Source: Ophelia neglecta (Eukaryota). Taken from it: 64,000 bases of DNA. The position numbers were made by a program, and so were the translations under genes. This document shows positions 63,891-64,000 of this stretch, piece by piece (position 1 is the first letter of the stretch; every line of letters begins with the position of its first letter). The notes beneath the pieces are model-generated. The model was not told the origin of the DNA. It did not search any database and saw nothing but the letters and a program-made list of their open reading frames with translations. The stretch is from positions 61,814,001 through 61,878,000 of the forward strand of contig OZ260661.1 of assembly GCA_965285935.1 (NCBI GenBank), in the 5' to 3' direction.

Positions 63891-64000
63891 AATAGAGAGA
63901 CGTCACAAGAATATTTTAATTCCTTATAAAACATGGTCTGTGAGTCTATTGAGTAAACTGTATCTTTGTTAGAATATGAAGAGAACCATAACTATTTTGG

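Noticed and set aside
1-64000. tRNA, rRNA or miRNA precursor genes (including miR-8 itself)
   Set aside because: None recognised by eye; a covariance-model search (Infernal/Rfam, tRNAscan-SE) would be needed to exclude them.

Overview
Eukaryotic, intron-containing animal DNA, most likely a lophotrochozoan invertebrate such as a mollusc, annelid or brachiopod. This is inferred from the Zfh1-like protein and frequent TACATGTA motifs; the species cannot be determined here. Three genes lie in tandem on the + strand. (1) A ZEB/zfh1 zinc-finger homeobox gene with five coding exons (31932-32198, 32301-32516, 43484-45822, 46696-46888, 47313-47596; about 1099 codons). Its first exon(s) are probably upstream of the window, so about 32 kb at the start is likely intron, and its 3' UTR is probably about 5 kb. 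(2) A complete 8-exon PECR (peroxisomal trans-2-enoyl-CoA reductase, 308 aa, ending in SKL) at 53304-57781. (3) The 5' part of a GALM-like aldose 1-epimerase, apparently with an unusual N-terminal transmembrane anchor (61202-63266, continuing past the window). The most interesting signals are non-coding. The ZEB introns carry dense clusters of ZEB's own binding motif (CAGGTG/CAGGTA), several full RFX X-boxes and candidate recursive-splicing sites. The 3' UTR has clustered seed matches for miR-8/200 and miR-96/182/183, and a proximal AATAAA that would remove most of them. Together these suggest an invertebrate ZEB autoregulation and miRNA feedback circuit. All motif counts were made by eye; no database searches were run.
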